Part shown: piece after piece, positions 23,227 through 34,569 of the stretch
How the letters are laid out: every line of letters begins with the position of its first letter
Numbering within the stretch: the first letter of the stretch is position 1
Assembly: GCF_001447785.1 (NCBI RefSeq)
Contig: NW_015168044.1
Coordinates: 595,940-659,939 of the forward strand
Source of the DNA: Gekko japonicus
Lineage: Eukaryota
Direction: 5' to 3'
DNA: 64,000 nucleotides
Made by a program: the position numbers and the translations under genes
The notes under the pieces: model-generated
What the model was told of the DNA's origin: nothing
The model's input: only the letters and a program-made list of their open reading frames with translations
The model's database searches: none

Positions 23227-23425
23227 GGTGGTCTCAGTGGCAGAGCATCTGCTTGGCATGCAGAAGGCCCAGGTTCAATCCCTGGTATCTCCATTTGGAA
23301 GATTCAGGTAGGAGGTGATGTGAAAGACCTCTGCCTGAGACCATGGAGAGCTGCTGCCGGTCTGAGTAGACAGTACTGACTGTGATGGATCAGGGGTCTG
23401 ATTCAATATAAGACAGCTTCATGTG
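23227..23425 (+). mobile_element. tRNA-derived SINE (Ala-like head)
   Basis: GGTCTCAGTGGCAGAGCATCTGCTTGGCATGCAGAAGGCCCAGGTTCAATCCC plus body shared with the 55271-55605 copies. Confidence 0.75.
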
Positions 23426-23433
23426 TTCAAGAG

Positions 23434-26039
23434 TAGGGGTGTGCATTCGGGAATTCCGAGCCGAAAAAAATCCCAAAACCCCCTATTTTCAGGATTTTTC
23501 GGCTTTCTGGATGCCGAACAGTCCCTGAGCCTGTTCTGAGTTCCGGGGGAAAATCCCAGAAAAAATTGGGGAGGTTTTGGCTTTTTTTTGGCAATGCCGA
23601 AAATGGCCACTGGGGGACCAGGAAACCCCATTTTCCTGCCATTTCCCCCTCTTTCCTGCCTCTTGCTCCTGTTTCCAGGAGGGAGGGGGAAAGAGGGAAC
23701 TTCAGACAGCCAATCACTGCAATGCATTTGCAAATGCATTGCAGTTTGCAACTTTTTGCAAGGCTGTTGTTGCCACTGCCAGCCCAACCACTAGCTTGCT
23801 CCTTTCCCAGGGAAGGAGTACTGGTGGCCAATAGGGTTTTGGCATCTGCTCTCTGCCAATCACAGAAGGTGTTTCTTTTTTAAATCCTTCTGTGTATGCC
23901 CGGAGAACATAAAAGGAGACAGTCTCTGGTGGTTGATGCCATTGCTGCTGTGCTGTTCCTGGATCCTGTGTGCTGTGTTCCTGTTGCTGGTGATGAGAGA
24001 GAGCTGCCTGGCTTGGCTTGGAGGAGATTGTGTGTGGCTGGCTGGCTTCTGTTGCTGCCCCTGCCCTGCTCCTTCAGCCTGCCCGCTTTCCTCCCTCCTG
24101 CGTGGACCTCCTTGGATCGAGAGCAGACATCAGCCTGGTTTACTTTATTAGCACAGTTTTTTAAAAAAATTATTTTTGTTTTGGTGTTTTGGGGCCTGGG
24201 GGTGGTGTGAGTAGGCCTCTAGGGCCTTGGGCCTCTTTCTGGGTTTTATTTGGGGGGTGGGTTCTTCTAGTTTCTCTTTTTGCAGTGTTTAATTTTTTTT
24301 TTACTGTGTGCTTTCCTTTGGCTTGCCTTGTTGGGGGGGTTTTCTTATGAGGGGGAGTTAGTGAGTTCTTCTAGTTCTGAGTTCTTCTAGTTTTTGCCTG
24401 TTTGTTTTGCATTTTAATTGTTTTTTCTATGCTTGATTTTTCTTTATTGGCTTTCAGCTTCTCCTGGGGGGGTGTTTACTGGTCTCCTTCCTGGGGTCTA
24501 GGCTCGTTTTTGGTTTTGAGTTTTGTTGTGGTTCTTTCTGTTGCTTGTCTGCAGTTTTTTTGTTGAGTTGTGTTGTATTTTTTTCTGGGCTTCTGGAGGG
24601 TTTTTTTCCCCCGGGGGGTGTTACAGACTAGGCCTCTTCTGCCTGGGGCCTAAGTTCTCTCTCTGGTCTACTACCTACAGGTGACACTTCATGCACCTGA
24701 CGAAGTGGGCTGCTTTCACACCAAGCCATGGTTTTTGGGCAAATCACTGTTTAGGGAATGTGTGGTGGGTTGGACTAGATGACCCTGGGGGTCCTTTCCA
24801 ACTCTGTGATTCCATGACTCTGGCCGCAGAGATGTCAGAGAGAGAGTCATTTGTTGCAAGGGCTGGTTGGCACAGGTTGTGGGGGCCACCGTGCACTGGT
24901 TCTGCTGCTGGCCCCTGAAGAGAGGTCCAACTCCCAAATCTTTTTCAGCCTCTGGGCACCTTTGGATTTCCAAACCAGGCTAGGCAAGTAGCCACCTTCT
25001 GGGCATGGAGGAGCGTCCTTTGGGGGTGTGGGGGAGAGGTAGTTGTGTGAATGTCCTGCATTGTAGGGAACGGGGACCCACCCTCAGCCCTGGGAGACTG
25101 AGCAACCAGCCGCTCTGTGGCTCGGGATGTTTTCGCCTGCCCCTGTCCGGTGGGGGTGGGGCTATTTTCCTTCCTTAGTTGCTGCCACCACTCACTGGAT
25201 TCACACCGCCTTCCTAGATGGACAGTGAGATCCCTCTGGATGATTCCCCAACCCAGGGAAGTGGGTATCTTAGTCTTTGGGTGCCCCCTGGAGAGTTGGT
25301 AACCACTCTGATTTGGGTTCCCCTGACCTCCTTTGCCTCTGTTAATATGCTGAGTGGGGGATTGCACACCCCTAGCTGATTGCTCACTTGCACAGGTCCT
25401 GCCTGGGCGGGGGGGGAGATTGCTCTGGTTCTGCTGCTGGGCCTGGCTAGTGGCAATGCACACATGCTGCCTCAGTCAATGTAGGCTGCTGCTGCTGCAG
25501 AGATTCTCTGGTTTGAACTAAGTTCTGTTGGTTTTGGGCACTGACTGGCACATTGGCACAGGTTGTGAGGGGGGGCAGAATTGGTCTGGTTCTGCTGCTG
25601 GGCCTGGCAAACACCACCACCACACCTCACTTAGTCTCTTACAGGGAGAGCTGCCTGCCTTTTCCCCACCCCCAATTTCCCATAGGAAACAATGGAGAAC
25701 TGGGGGCACCCTCTTTGGATGCCCCTGGAATTTGACCCCCCGGTCCAATCTTCTCAAAACTGTGGGGGTCTTTTGGGGAGAGGCTGGAGCAGCCACGGTC
25801 CAAATTTGGAGCCTCTACCTCAAACCCCCTCCCAGCCCCCTGCAAACTTTCCAGAGGATTTTTGCTATTGACTTCAATGGCCCCATTGAATATAATGGAC
25901 CTGAATTTTTTGGGAATTCCGAAAAATTTCGGATATCTATGCTTTACCAGTATAGGTATTCGGGTTTTTTCGGGAATCCCGAAAAAAATCAGGTTCAATA
26001 TATCCGAATTTGACCAAAAAATTTTTTTGCACACCCCTA
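23434..26039. mobile_element. 2.6-kb non-autonomous hAT-type element
   Basis: TIRs TAGGGGTGTGCA / TGCACACCCCTA; 8-bp TSD TTCAAGAG/TTCATGAG; subterminal TTCGG/CCGAA repeats; right arm homologous to 17728-18269. Confidence 0.8.
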
Positions 26040-26357
26040 TTCATGAGTAGCCCTCACAAGGAGACCCTCCAGTCAACTGAAGGGGAAAACCTTCAAGGTA
26101 AGATTAGTGTTTCATTCTGTGCTGCAACAAGCATATTCATATATGTATACTTTATTCTGAACCACATGCCAGAGTTCCCAACCCTGAAAACATTCTGGAA
26201 AGAAACCAGACAGGAAAACAAAGGCAGGTTGGGTATAAGGACATAACATGTAACATTTTGCTATCGCAGCTGTAGCCGTTTCCTTGCTTTTGGCACTAGG
26301 GTTTGTCCATGTTGCTTCTCTCTGTTTTGCTCATAATAACCTGCCTCATTTTTCTAG

Positions 26358-26451
26358 GCAGCTGCTGTCTGGGGCAGAAGGACTGCAACTCGTAGCTGAT
26401 CTCCTCAAGTCTATAGACAGATTCTCTGAGATACCAGAAGATTCACCATGA
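26358..26451 (+). CDS. ENTR1: ENTR1 last coding exon to TGA
   Basis: QLLSGAEGLQLVADLLKSIDRFSEIPEDSP*; tttctag acceptor. Confidence 0.95.
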
Positions 26452-26970
26452 AAACCGCAAGGAAGATTCTTGGAGAGACTTGATTTACATATTGGAAATG
26501 AGTATTGAAAAAATGCCTTGCCGTAGCATTTAACACGCTATAATTTTTTAGAATGCAGCCCTTACACCTTGATCCAGGGCAAGTTTGCAACCCTGACCCT
26601 TTCTTAACTTACAAATGCTACCTAGAGGTCCCCTTTCTCATTTGGCTGGGGCTAGCTGGTCATGCTGTCTGCATCTTGTTTAAAAGGTGCAGTAAAAGAT
26701 TCGTTATTTATTGAGAGCTTTGTTCAAAGCTCTCATTTGGCTCTCTGTCCTAGGAAGCATTGATGTGTGTCTAAAGTATTCCTTTGCCGGAAAAATTGAT
26801 TTCCCCCCAAGTTTTCTAATATGAACAAGGTAAGATGAAAGATGTATAGTCACCTTTTGTGTAGTAAAGAAACAAAAACATTAAAGACTTGACAAGTTTC
26901 CTGAATGCATCATTTTGAAACTTTTTAATTCCACTGATTTGTAATAGTTATTTCATTTTAATTTTCTTAA

Positions 26971-26976
26971 AATAAA
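26971..26976 (+). terminator. Probable ENTR1 polyadenylation signal
   Basis: AATAAA ~520 nt after stop followed by GT/T-rich tract. Confidence 0.55.
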
Positions 26977-27907
26977 ATGCTCATATAAGTAATTTTGTTT
27001 GTTTATTCACAAGAACATAATTTGGGCTTATAGCCAGAACGATTCCTTTCGTATATTCCATCACTTGCTAATGAGTCGCTCACGAAGCTGTTCAGTCTCT
27101 GCTTGATTTGGAAGAGTTCTATGTTCCCTTTTCAAAGACCTGATCAAGGTGGCCAACAAATTAAAAATAATTAAAAATAGCATTAAAAACTATTAATAGT
27201 AAGCCATTAAAGGGCTTCTCTTGTGTTCTGCACACAGGACTATACCTCCAAGTTGAACTTTAGTTAGCATAACTTGCCTGACTTCACCTGCACCTTGGCT
27301 GAACCCAAATTCAGATTGCAGTAGTGAACATACAAAGTTTCCCCTGAAAACTAACAGCATCCAGTTGCAACCAAGAAATACCTGGTTATTTTCCAAACTC
27401 TCAGCTACTGTCAACAGAAGCAACTGAGCACTCAGGATAGGAAGATGGGTGCCTTTCAGTAGGAGCATGTGTAGGTTAATGCTGGGTTTTAATTAATGCC
27501 CCGCACAATGCAGTCCATTGTGTTCAACGCCTTGCACAATGCACGAAAATTCAGTGACCCCCCGCTCTGTGCCCAGAGGAAGTGTAAATAATAAAAAAAA
27601 ATCCCTGGGACAATCTGGCCTGGAAGAATCCTGACCCCAAAATAGCCATCGGCATTACCCTGGGTGTATAAGAAAGGGCCACAAGCCGAGCACTGCCTCA
27701 TCCCTCCCACTCACAATCTGCCTGAATTCATAGAATCAGCAGAGCCCACCACCTCCTGAGGAAGCCTGTTCCACTGAGGAACTGCTCTAACTGCTGGGAA
27801 GTTCTTATTAATGTTTAGTCAAAAACTCCTCTGATGTAATTTCAACCCGTTGGTTCTGGTCCAACCTTCTGGGGCAACGGGAAACAACTTCACTCCATCC
27901 TCTATAT

Positions 27908-28138
27908 GTAAAAGGTAAAGGTTCCCTTGCTCGAAAGCCAGTCGAATCCGACTCTAGGGTTGCGGTGCTCATCTCCGTTTCAAAGCCGAAGAGCCAGCAC
28001 TGTCCGAAGAAATTTCCGTGGTCATGTGGCCGGCATGACTAAACACCAAGGCGCACGGAATGCTGTTACCTTCCCACCAAAGTGATACCTATTTATCTAC
28101 TTGCAATTTCTTGCTTTCGAACTGCTAGGTTGGCAGCA
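27908..28138 (-). mobile_element. Sauria-type SINE (truncated)
   Basis: Reverse complement of the 60520-60800 copy; (ACCTTT)n tail. Confidence 0.85.
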
Positions 28139-28574
28139 GTAGGGGTATGCAAAAAAAAACACCAATAATCCAGAAAGTTTTAGTTGGGGTCTATTGGACC
28201 TGAAAAAATTCAGGATTTCCAAAAAATCCTGGATCCGGTATTGGGATCTGGGATTTTTTTTGAAATCCCGATTTTTTTCCAGGTCTTACCTTTACTGCTG
28301 ACATCGCTGTATGTTTAGGCCTGAAGCCAGCCTGTTCCCTGGAACCACCTTATGAAACCACTAAATGGTGCCTTACAATTCCAGCCCAGAAAGGTAGTTC
28401 AGAGGGATACGATGGTCAAAAGCCACGAAGAGGCGCAGAAGAATGAACAGGGCTTTCATACGCGTGGAGTAATGCACTCTAGGAACTATTTGCAAATGGA
28501 TTTTCTTGTTTTGCACAGGAAAATTCAGATGCAAACGATTCCTAAAGTGCATTGAGAATATGCATTATTAAAAA

Positions 28575-30706
28575 CTAGGAAAAAGGCCCGTTATGGAAAT
28601 AAATACAACGGCCTCTAGAAAGGGTCTCTGGGCGGGTGTCCTGGCCTGCTCAGAAGGCAGAGCATCACTTGCCCCAGAGCCCCTATCTATACCTTGTGGC
28701 TAATAGCCACTGATGGACCTCTGCTCCATATGCTTATCTAATTCCCTTTTGAAGCCGTCCATGCTTGTAGCACCCACCACTTCCTGTGGCAGTGAATTCC
28801 ATGTGTTAATCACTCTTTGGGTGAAGAAGTACTTCCTTTTATCCGTTCTAACCCGACCACTCTGCAGTTTCATGGAGTGCCCACGAGTTCTTGTATTGTG
28901 AGAAAGGGAGAAAAGTACCTCTTTCTCTACCTGCTCTTTCCCATGCATAATCTTATAAACCTCAATCATGTCACCCCTCAGTCATCATTTCTCCAAGCTA
29001 AAGAGCCCTAAGCGCCTTAACCGTTCCTCATAGGGAAAGTGTTCCAACCCTTTTATCATTCGAGTTGCCCTTTTCTGCACTTTTTCCAAAGCTATAATAT
29101 CCTTTTTAAGGTGTGGTGACCAGAACTGCACACAGTATTCCAAATGAGGTCTCACCATTGATTTATATAGGGGCATTATGATATTGGCTGATCTGTTTTC
29201 AATACCCTTCCTAATAATCCCCAGCATAGCATTGGCCTTCTTTATTGCAGTCACACACTGTCTCGACATTTTCAGTGAGTTATCCACTACAACTCCAAGA
29301 TCTCTCTCTTGATCAGTCTCTGCCAGTTCAGACCCCATCAATGTGTATTTATATTTAGGATTTTTGGCTCCAATGTGCATCACCTTGCACTTGGCCACAT
29401 TGAACCCCATTTGCCATGTTGACGCCCACTCGCCCATCCTTGACAGATCCCCTTGGAGTGCCTCACAATCCTCACTGGTTTTCACCACCCTGAACAACTT
29501 TGTATCATCCGCAAATTTAGCCACTTCACTGCTTACTCCCATCTCCAAATCATTAATGAACAAGTTAAAAAGCAGTGGACCAAGTACTGATCCCTGCGGT
29601 ACCCCACTGCTTACCACCCTCCACTGAGAAAATTGCCCACCTACACTCACTCTCTGTTTTCTATGAACTAGCCAGTTTTTGATCCATAAAAGGACTTGTC
29701 CTTCTATCCCATGATTTTTGAGCTTACTTAGGAGCCTTTGATGAGGAACTTTATCAAAAGCTTTCTGGAAGTCAAGGTAAATAATATCTATTGGATCCCC
29801 CTTGTCCACATGTTTGTTCACCCCCTCAAAGAACACTAACAGGTTAGTGAGACAAGATCTTCCCTTACAGAAACCGTGCTGAGTCTGCCTCAATAGGTTT
29901 TGTTCATCTATGTGCCTACTAATTCTTTCCTTAATAATGGTTTCCACCAATTTACCCGGTATCGACGTCAGACTGATTGGCCTGTAATTTCCCGGATCTC
30001 CTCTGGAACCCTTTTTAAAGATGGGAGTGACATTTGCTACCTTCCAATCCTCAGGAATGGAGGCAGATTTTAAGGAAAGATTACATATTTTTGTAAGGAG
30101 ATCCAGAAGTTCACATTTGAGTTCTTTCAGAACTCTCGGATGTATGCCATCTGGGCCTGGTGATTTATCAGTTTTTAAGTTGTCTATCAGTTTTAGGACC
30201 TCCTCTCTTGTCACCTTGGTTTGACTCAGGTCTTTCAACACCCCTCCTGAAATCAGCGGTTCTGGAGTGGGCAAGCAACTTTGTATCTGGAGTGATACAG
30301 AGCCCACCATTTTCTCCCTGGGGACTGATCTCTGCCGTCTGGAAAGCAGTTGTAATTCTGAGTGATCTCCAGCCCTCACCTGGAGATTGGACACATATTA
30401 CCTCAGAACAGCAAAACTGTTTAGAATGTTAGAGGCAAAAGCCAATCAAGTCGCATATGCAAACGACCTCTGTGTTCCGAGGCAAAGGCCAATGAGGCTG
30501 CATATGCAAATAACCTCTGTGTTCTGACTGGCTGTGGGGGGAGAGGAAGAGCAAACTGTTTAGAATGTTGGAGGCAGGACTCAGGCAAAGCAGCCAGTGG
30601 ATAGGGAGACCCTCTGAACGACAGATCAGAGAGCGAACTGATTTTGGAGCGTGTGGAATGTTCTAGAGAAGTGCCACCACCATTCAGCTTTTATTTATAA
30701 GGGAGA
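28575..30706 (-). mobile_element. Non-autonomous Helitron containing a CR1 segment
   Basis: Minus 5' A|TCTCCCTTATAAATAAAAGC; 3' hairpin CCGTTGT..ATAACGG then CTAG|T; no TSD. Confidence 0.75.
28657..30280 (-). mobile_element. CR1 LINE RT region, same young family as 12049-13219, lacking both 5' end and 3' tail
   Basis: ORF 28985..30394 with KSPGPDGIHPRVLKEL, NYRPISLTS, YLDFQKAFDKV, FADD; CGA>TGA stop at 28985. Confidence 0.95.
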
Positions 30707-30719
30707 TGTGTGAAGGTAG

Positions 30720-31292
30720 CCCTTGTCATACTACCTCTGTCCATCTCCCAATGTAGGTCCTCCTCCAGGGCGACCAGTTTATTCAAGTCCCCTAACCAGG
30801 CCTAACACCAGACTGCAAAGGATCTGTACAGCTCAGGCCACCCAGTGAAGCTTGCAGTTGTCCAGCTACCACCTGTTCAATCACCTTGCTCAAGAATGGA
30901 ATATTTCTGACTGGATGATAGTTACTGAGATCTCCTGGGTCCAGGGTAGGCATCTTTAGAAGTGGACACACTGCAAACCTGTTTTATGGCTGGAGTACCC
31001 CCCGCCCCCCGTGGCATTAACTACTTTTGATCTAGTCAGCCAGCCCGTCCTGACAGATTTTTGTTGTTGTTGTTCAGTCGAGTCCGACTCTTTGCGACCC
31101 CATGGACCAGATCCCGCCAGGCCCACCTGTCTTTCCGCCGTCCTCTGAAGTTGGCTCAATCCTGACAGATTTAAGTAAGTAGAAAAGGCAAGGGTTACAC
31201 AAGCGGGTGGTAGGCCTCAAATCTCCAAGGATCCTGTCCACATCCTCAGGCTGAATAAATGAAATAGTATCCCGGATGACTGGACAAGTCAC
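30720..31292 (-). mobile_element. L2 fragment with nested BovB/RTE 3' fragment (31061-31159)
   Basis: EDVDRILGDLRPTT L2 motif; nested piece ends GACTCGACTGAA(CAA)n and is flanked by 13-bp TSD TCCTGACAGATTT (31048-31060, 31160-31172). Confidence 0.75.
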
Positions 31293-31383
31293 TAGGCCGG
31301 CGCCATCGGACCCCCTGCCACGGCTCAGGTGGAGCCCGAGCGGAAACTGATGCGAGAGGGGTCATCTGCTGAACGCGGAGCAC

Positions 31384-32344
31384 AAGGGCCACAGCCCCCA
31401 CCCTCCTGTAGGCCAGATTCCCCCCCCTCCCCGGCCACTCAGAGGGGCTCCTCCGGCTGCCGCTGCGCCGCTGCAAGGAGACCGGGGGAGCGTTTTCTGG
31501 GCTGCCTTCACGCTTTAAAACGGGCTGCCTCCCTGCAGCCCCTCGGCAAACCTGGGAGCCCCCGCCCCTGCCGCCCGGGGCCGTGCCTCCTTCCGGCCAG
31601 ACATCAAAGCACAAATTGCTGCAAGGTTCTTACAGTGAAAAAGATGGACAATAATAGACTATAAATAATGAGCTTTATGATGTTTAATTCTTGTATTTTC
31701 AACGACAGGATGCCATCAGAAGAGTGATGACACCAAGAGAAGGACGAACCTCTCGAGTGATCGTTCATTTCGAAGAGTTTCTTTTTCAAACAGATCTCAG
31801 TTCTGTAGTTTTTCTTAATATGACCAAACCACAATGCAGTTCTTACACTCAACAACTCTGTTTCAGCTCTAGTTGTTGAGTGTAAGAATTGGATTGTGGT
31901 TTGGTCATATTAAGAAAAACTACAGAACTGAGATCTGTTTGAAAAAGAAACTCTTCGAAATGAACGATCACTCGAGAGGTTCGTCCTTCTCTTGGTGTCA
32001 TCACTCTTCTGATGGCATCCTGTCGTTGAAAATACAAGAATTAAACATCATAAAGCTCATTATTTATAGTCTATTATTGTCCATCTTTTTCACTGTAAGA
32101 ACCTTGCAGCAATTTGTGCTTTGATGTCTGGCCGGAAGGAGGCACGGCCCCGGGCGGCAGGGGCGGGGGCTCCCAGGTTTGCCGAGGGGCTGCAGGGAGG
32201 CAGCCCGTTTTAAAGCGTGAAGGCAGCCCAGAAAACGCTCCCCCGGTCTCCTTGCAGCGGCGCAGCGGCAGCCGGAGGAGCCCCTCTGAGTGGCCGGGGA
32301 GGGGGGGGAATCTGGCCTACAGGAGGGTGGGGGCTGTGGCCCTT
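31384..32344. repeat. Near-perfect 474-bp-arm palindrome (13-nt loop)
   Basis: 31384-31857 is the reverse complement of 31871-32344 (only a few mismatches seen); mirrored ORFs in track. Confidence 0.95.
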
Positions 32345-32620
32345 TAACAATTCTCTTGTTCCTGCTTCTTTCAAACGCTTTGGAATAAATTTTGCTTTAA
32401 CCTTTAAACGTGGATTTATTTTGGAGTCATTGGAGATTCAACAGGTGTCATCACTCTTCTGGTGGCATCCTGTCGCTGAAAATACAAGAATTAAACATCA
32501 CAAAGCTCATTATTTATAGTCTATTATTGTCCACCTTTTTCACTGTAAGAACCTTGCAGCAATTTGTGCTTTGATGTCCATTGTATTGCTGTTCCCTTGA
32601 TTGCTATCCTTCCGGCCAGA
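31602..32620. mobile_element. Fold-back Penelope-type pseudo-LTR insertion with hammerhead-like motif
   Basis: Inverted + tandem copies of an AT-rich unit (third copy 32444-32578); 14-bp direct repeat TCCTTCCGGCCAGA at 31588-31601 and 32607-32620; HHR-like motif 31939-31985. Confidence 0.6.
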
Positions 32621-33294
32621 GCCAGCGCGGACCCAGGGCAGGCTTTCCAGGGCACGAGGCGAGCAGACTGGCAGACCCAAGTCCCGGCCGGGGCCGCCGC
32701 CTCCGCGCTCCGGGCCTTCGTCGCTGTTCCCACGCGGCTCCCTCGCCGCCGGTCTTCCAGCCTCCCCCGGAGAAGCTTTCGGGACCGGGCGGGCGGAGTG
32801 AGCGAGCCAGCGGCCGGCGCCTGCGCGAGCCACTGCGGCGGGACTGCGCCTGCGCGCCCGCCCCGCCCCCCGCAAGGCCCGCCCCNNNNNNNNNNNNNNN
32901 NNNNNNNNNNNNNNNNNNNNNNNNNNNNNNNNNNNNNNNNNNNNNNNNNNNNNNNNNNNNNNNNNNNNNNNNNNNNNNNNNNNNNNNNNNNNNNNNNNNN
33001 NNNNNNNNNNNNNNNNNNNNNNNNNNNNNNNNNNNNNNNNNNNNNNNNNNNNNNNNNNNNNNNNNNNNNNNNNNNNNNNNNNNNNNNNNNNNNNNNNNNN
33101 NNNNNNNNNNNNNNNNNNNNNNNNNNNNNNNNNNNNNNNNNNNNNNNNNNNNNNNNNNNNNNNNNNNNNNNNNNNNNNNNNNNNNNNNNNNNNNNNNNNN
33201 NNNNNNNNNNNNNNNNNNNNNNNNNNNNNNNNNNNNNNNNCAGGCGGGTCGCGGCGGGGGTGGCTGGTCCGGACGGAAGCGCTGCGGCCGCGGC
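32620..33294 (+). promoter_or_regulatory. SNAPC4 CpG-island promoter
   Basis: Very CpG-rich; NRF1-like TGCGCCTGCGC 32845-32855, GC boxes 32856-32885; island also extends to 31290-31600. Confidence 0.75.
32886..33240. other. Assembly gap (N), probably hiding SNAPC4 first coding exon
   Basis: Run of N within the CpG island; next exon starts in phase 1 without ATG. Confidence 0.9.
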
Positions 33295-33820
33295 CAGGGC
33301 CGGATTTAGACTCGCTGAGGCCCTGAGCTATACAAAACCCAGAGGCCCCCCTACTGTTTTAAAATTACATCAGCTGGTCTCAGAAAAATTTAAAATATAT
33401 GCGCCTTTTTAATATTTGAAACCATTTTTTTATATTGTGTTTCTATTCGAGGCCCCAGCAGATTGCGAGGCCCTAAACTGGAGCTGCGGTGGCTCAAGTG
33501 GTTAAGACGCTGAACTGCAGGCTGTGGAAGGTCGGTAGTTCAGCAGTTTGAGACTCGGGTGCTGCATGACGGAGTGAGCTCCCATCTCTAGCTCCAGCTC
33601 CTGCCAACCTAGCAGTTCGAAAGCAAGAAATTGGGAAGGTAACAGTGTTCCGTGCGCCTTGGTGTTTAGTCATGCCGGCCACATGACCACGGAAACGTCT
33701 TCGGACAGCGCTGGCTCTTTGGCTTGGAAACGGTTAGAGTCGGACTCGACTAGCTTTCAAGCGAGGGAACCTTTACCTTTAAGCTGTAGTTTATTTAGCT
33801 TATGCGTAAATCCGGCACTG
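33295..33820. mobile_element. hAT MITE with nested Sauria-type SINE (~33480-33780, +)
   Basis: TIRs CAGGGCCGGATTTA / TAAATCCGGCACTG; TSD GCCGCGGC/GCTGCGGC; SINE head GGAGCTGCGGTGGCTCAAGTGGTTAAG and ACCTTT tail. Confidence 0.85.
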
Positions 33821-33931
33821 GCTGCGGCCCTTCTTTGTCTTCCGAGTCGGCGGCGGGTGTGTGTGTGTGTGTGTCTCCTGAGGATTTACAGTCGCTTACC
33901 TGTTATCTGTGTAACCTTCTTATCCCGGCAG

Positions 33932-33969
33932 AGGACGATGAAGAGGATTCAGACGCTTCCTTTGCTTCA
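33932..33969 (+). CDS. SNAPC4: snRNA-activating protein complex subunit 4 (SNAP190), short acidic exon
   Basis: EDDEEDSDASFAS; ggcag/gtaagt; phase 0 into next exon. Confidence 0.7.
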
Positions 33970-34569
33970 GTAAGTAAGCAGTCGGAGGGGGGAGAAGGCC
34001 ACGGAGTCGCGTGGGCAGACCCTCCTTCCTGGTGCAGGCTTGGCGGCTGCAGGCCCAGATGGCCTCCCGCAAGGGGGTCTCTGGCGTGTCTGCATCCTGC
34101 TTCGCTGGCCTTTCTGAACCCTCTGATGCGGCTCTCTCTCGAGGCTCACACCTCTGAGGAGAACGCCTGGTGCTGCTGGAGCCTCAGTTTCCCAAAGAGG
34201 GCTGAGTAGGAATGGCCATGGACTGCATTTTTGCAGTTCGGTTCATGGTCTGTGGCTGAACCATACCACAAACCTATACTAACCGAGAGGTGGGTTCACA
34301 AACAAAACCAGTTAGTGACCCCTGCTTTCTGCTCCCTGCTGCTTTTCATGGCAGTGGAAAGCAGTGATTTAAATGGCTCCCATGGACTGCCACTCAGCTG
34401 TTTGGTTTAAATGGCTCAGAGCTGAACCCAAGAAAGCTCCTTTAAACAGTTGAAACATGCAAAGCAATTAGATCCAGTTTTTCACTTTGCATAACTTAAA
34501 ACATCATCATGTTACATGTTAATTTGCTGTTATGTCCCTGTCTATAAGTTAGAACCTCATCTACCATTC

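Noticed and set aside
32564-33412. Long ORFs crossing N runs (also 49599..50065)
   Set aside because: Artefacts of translation through assembly gaps.
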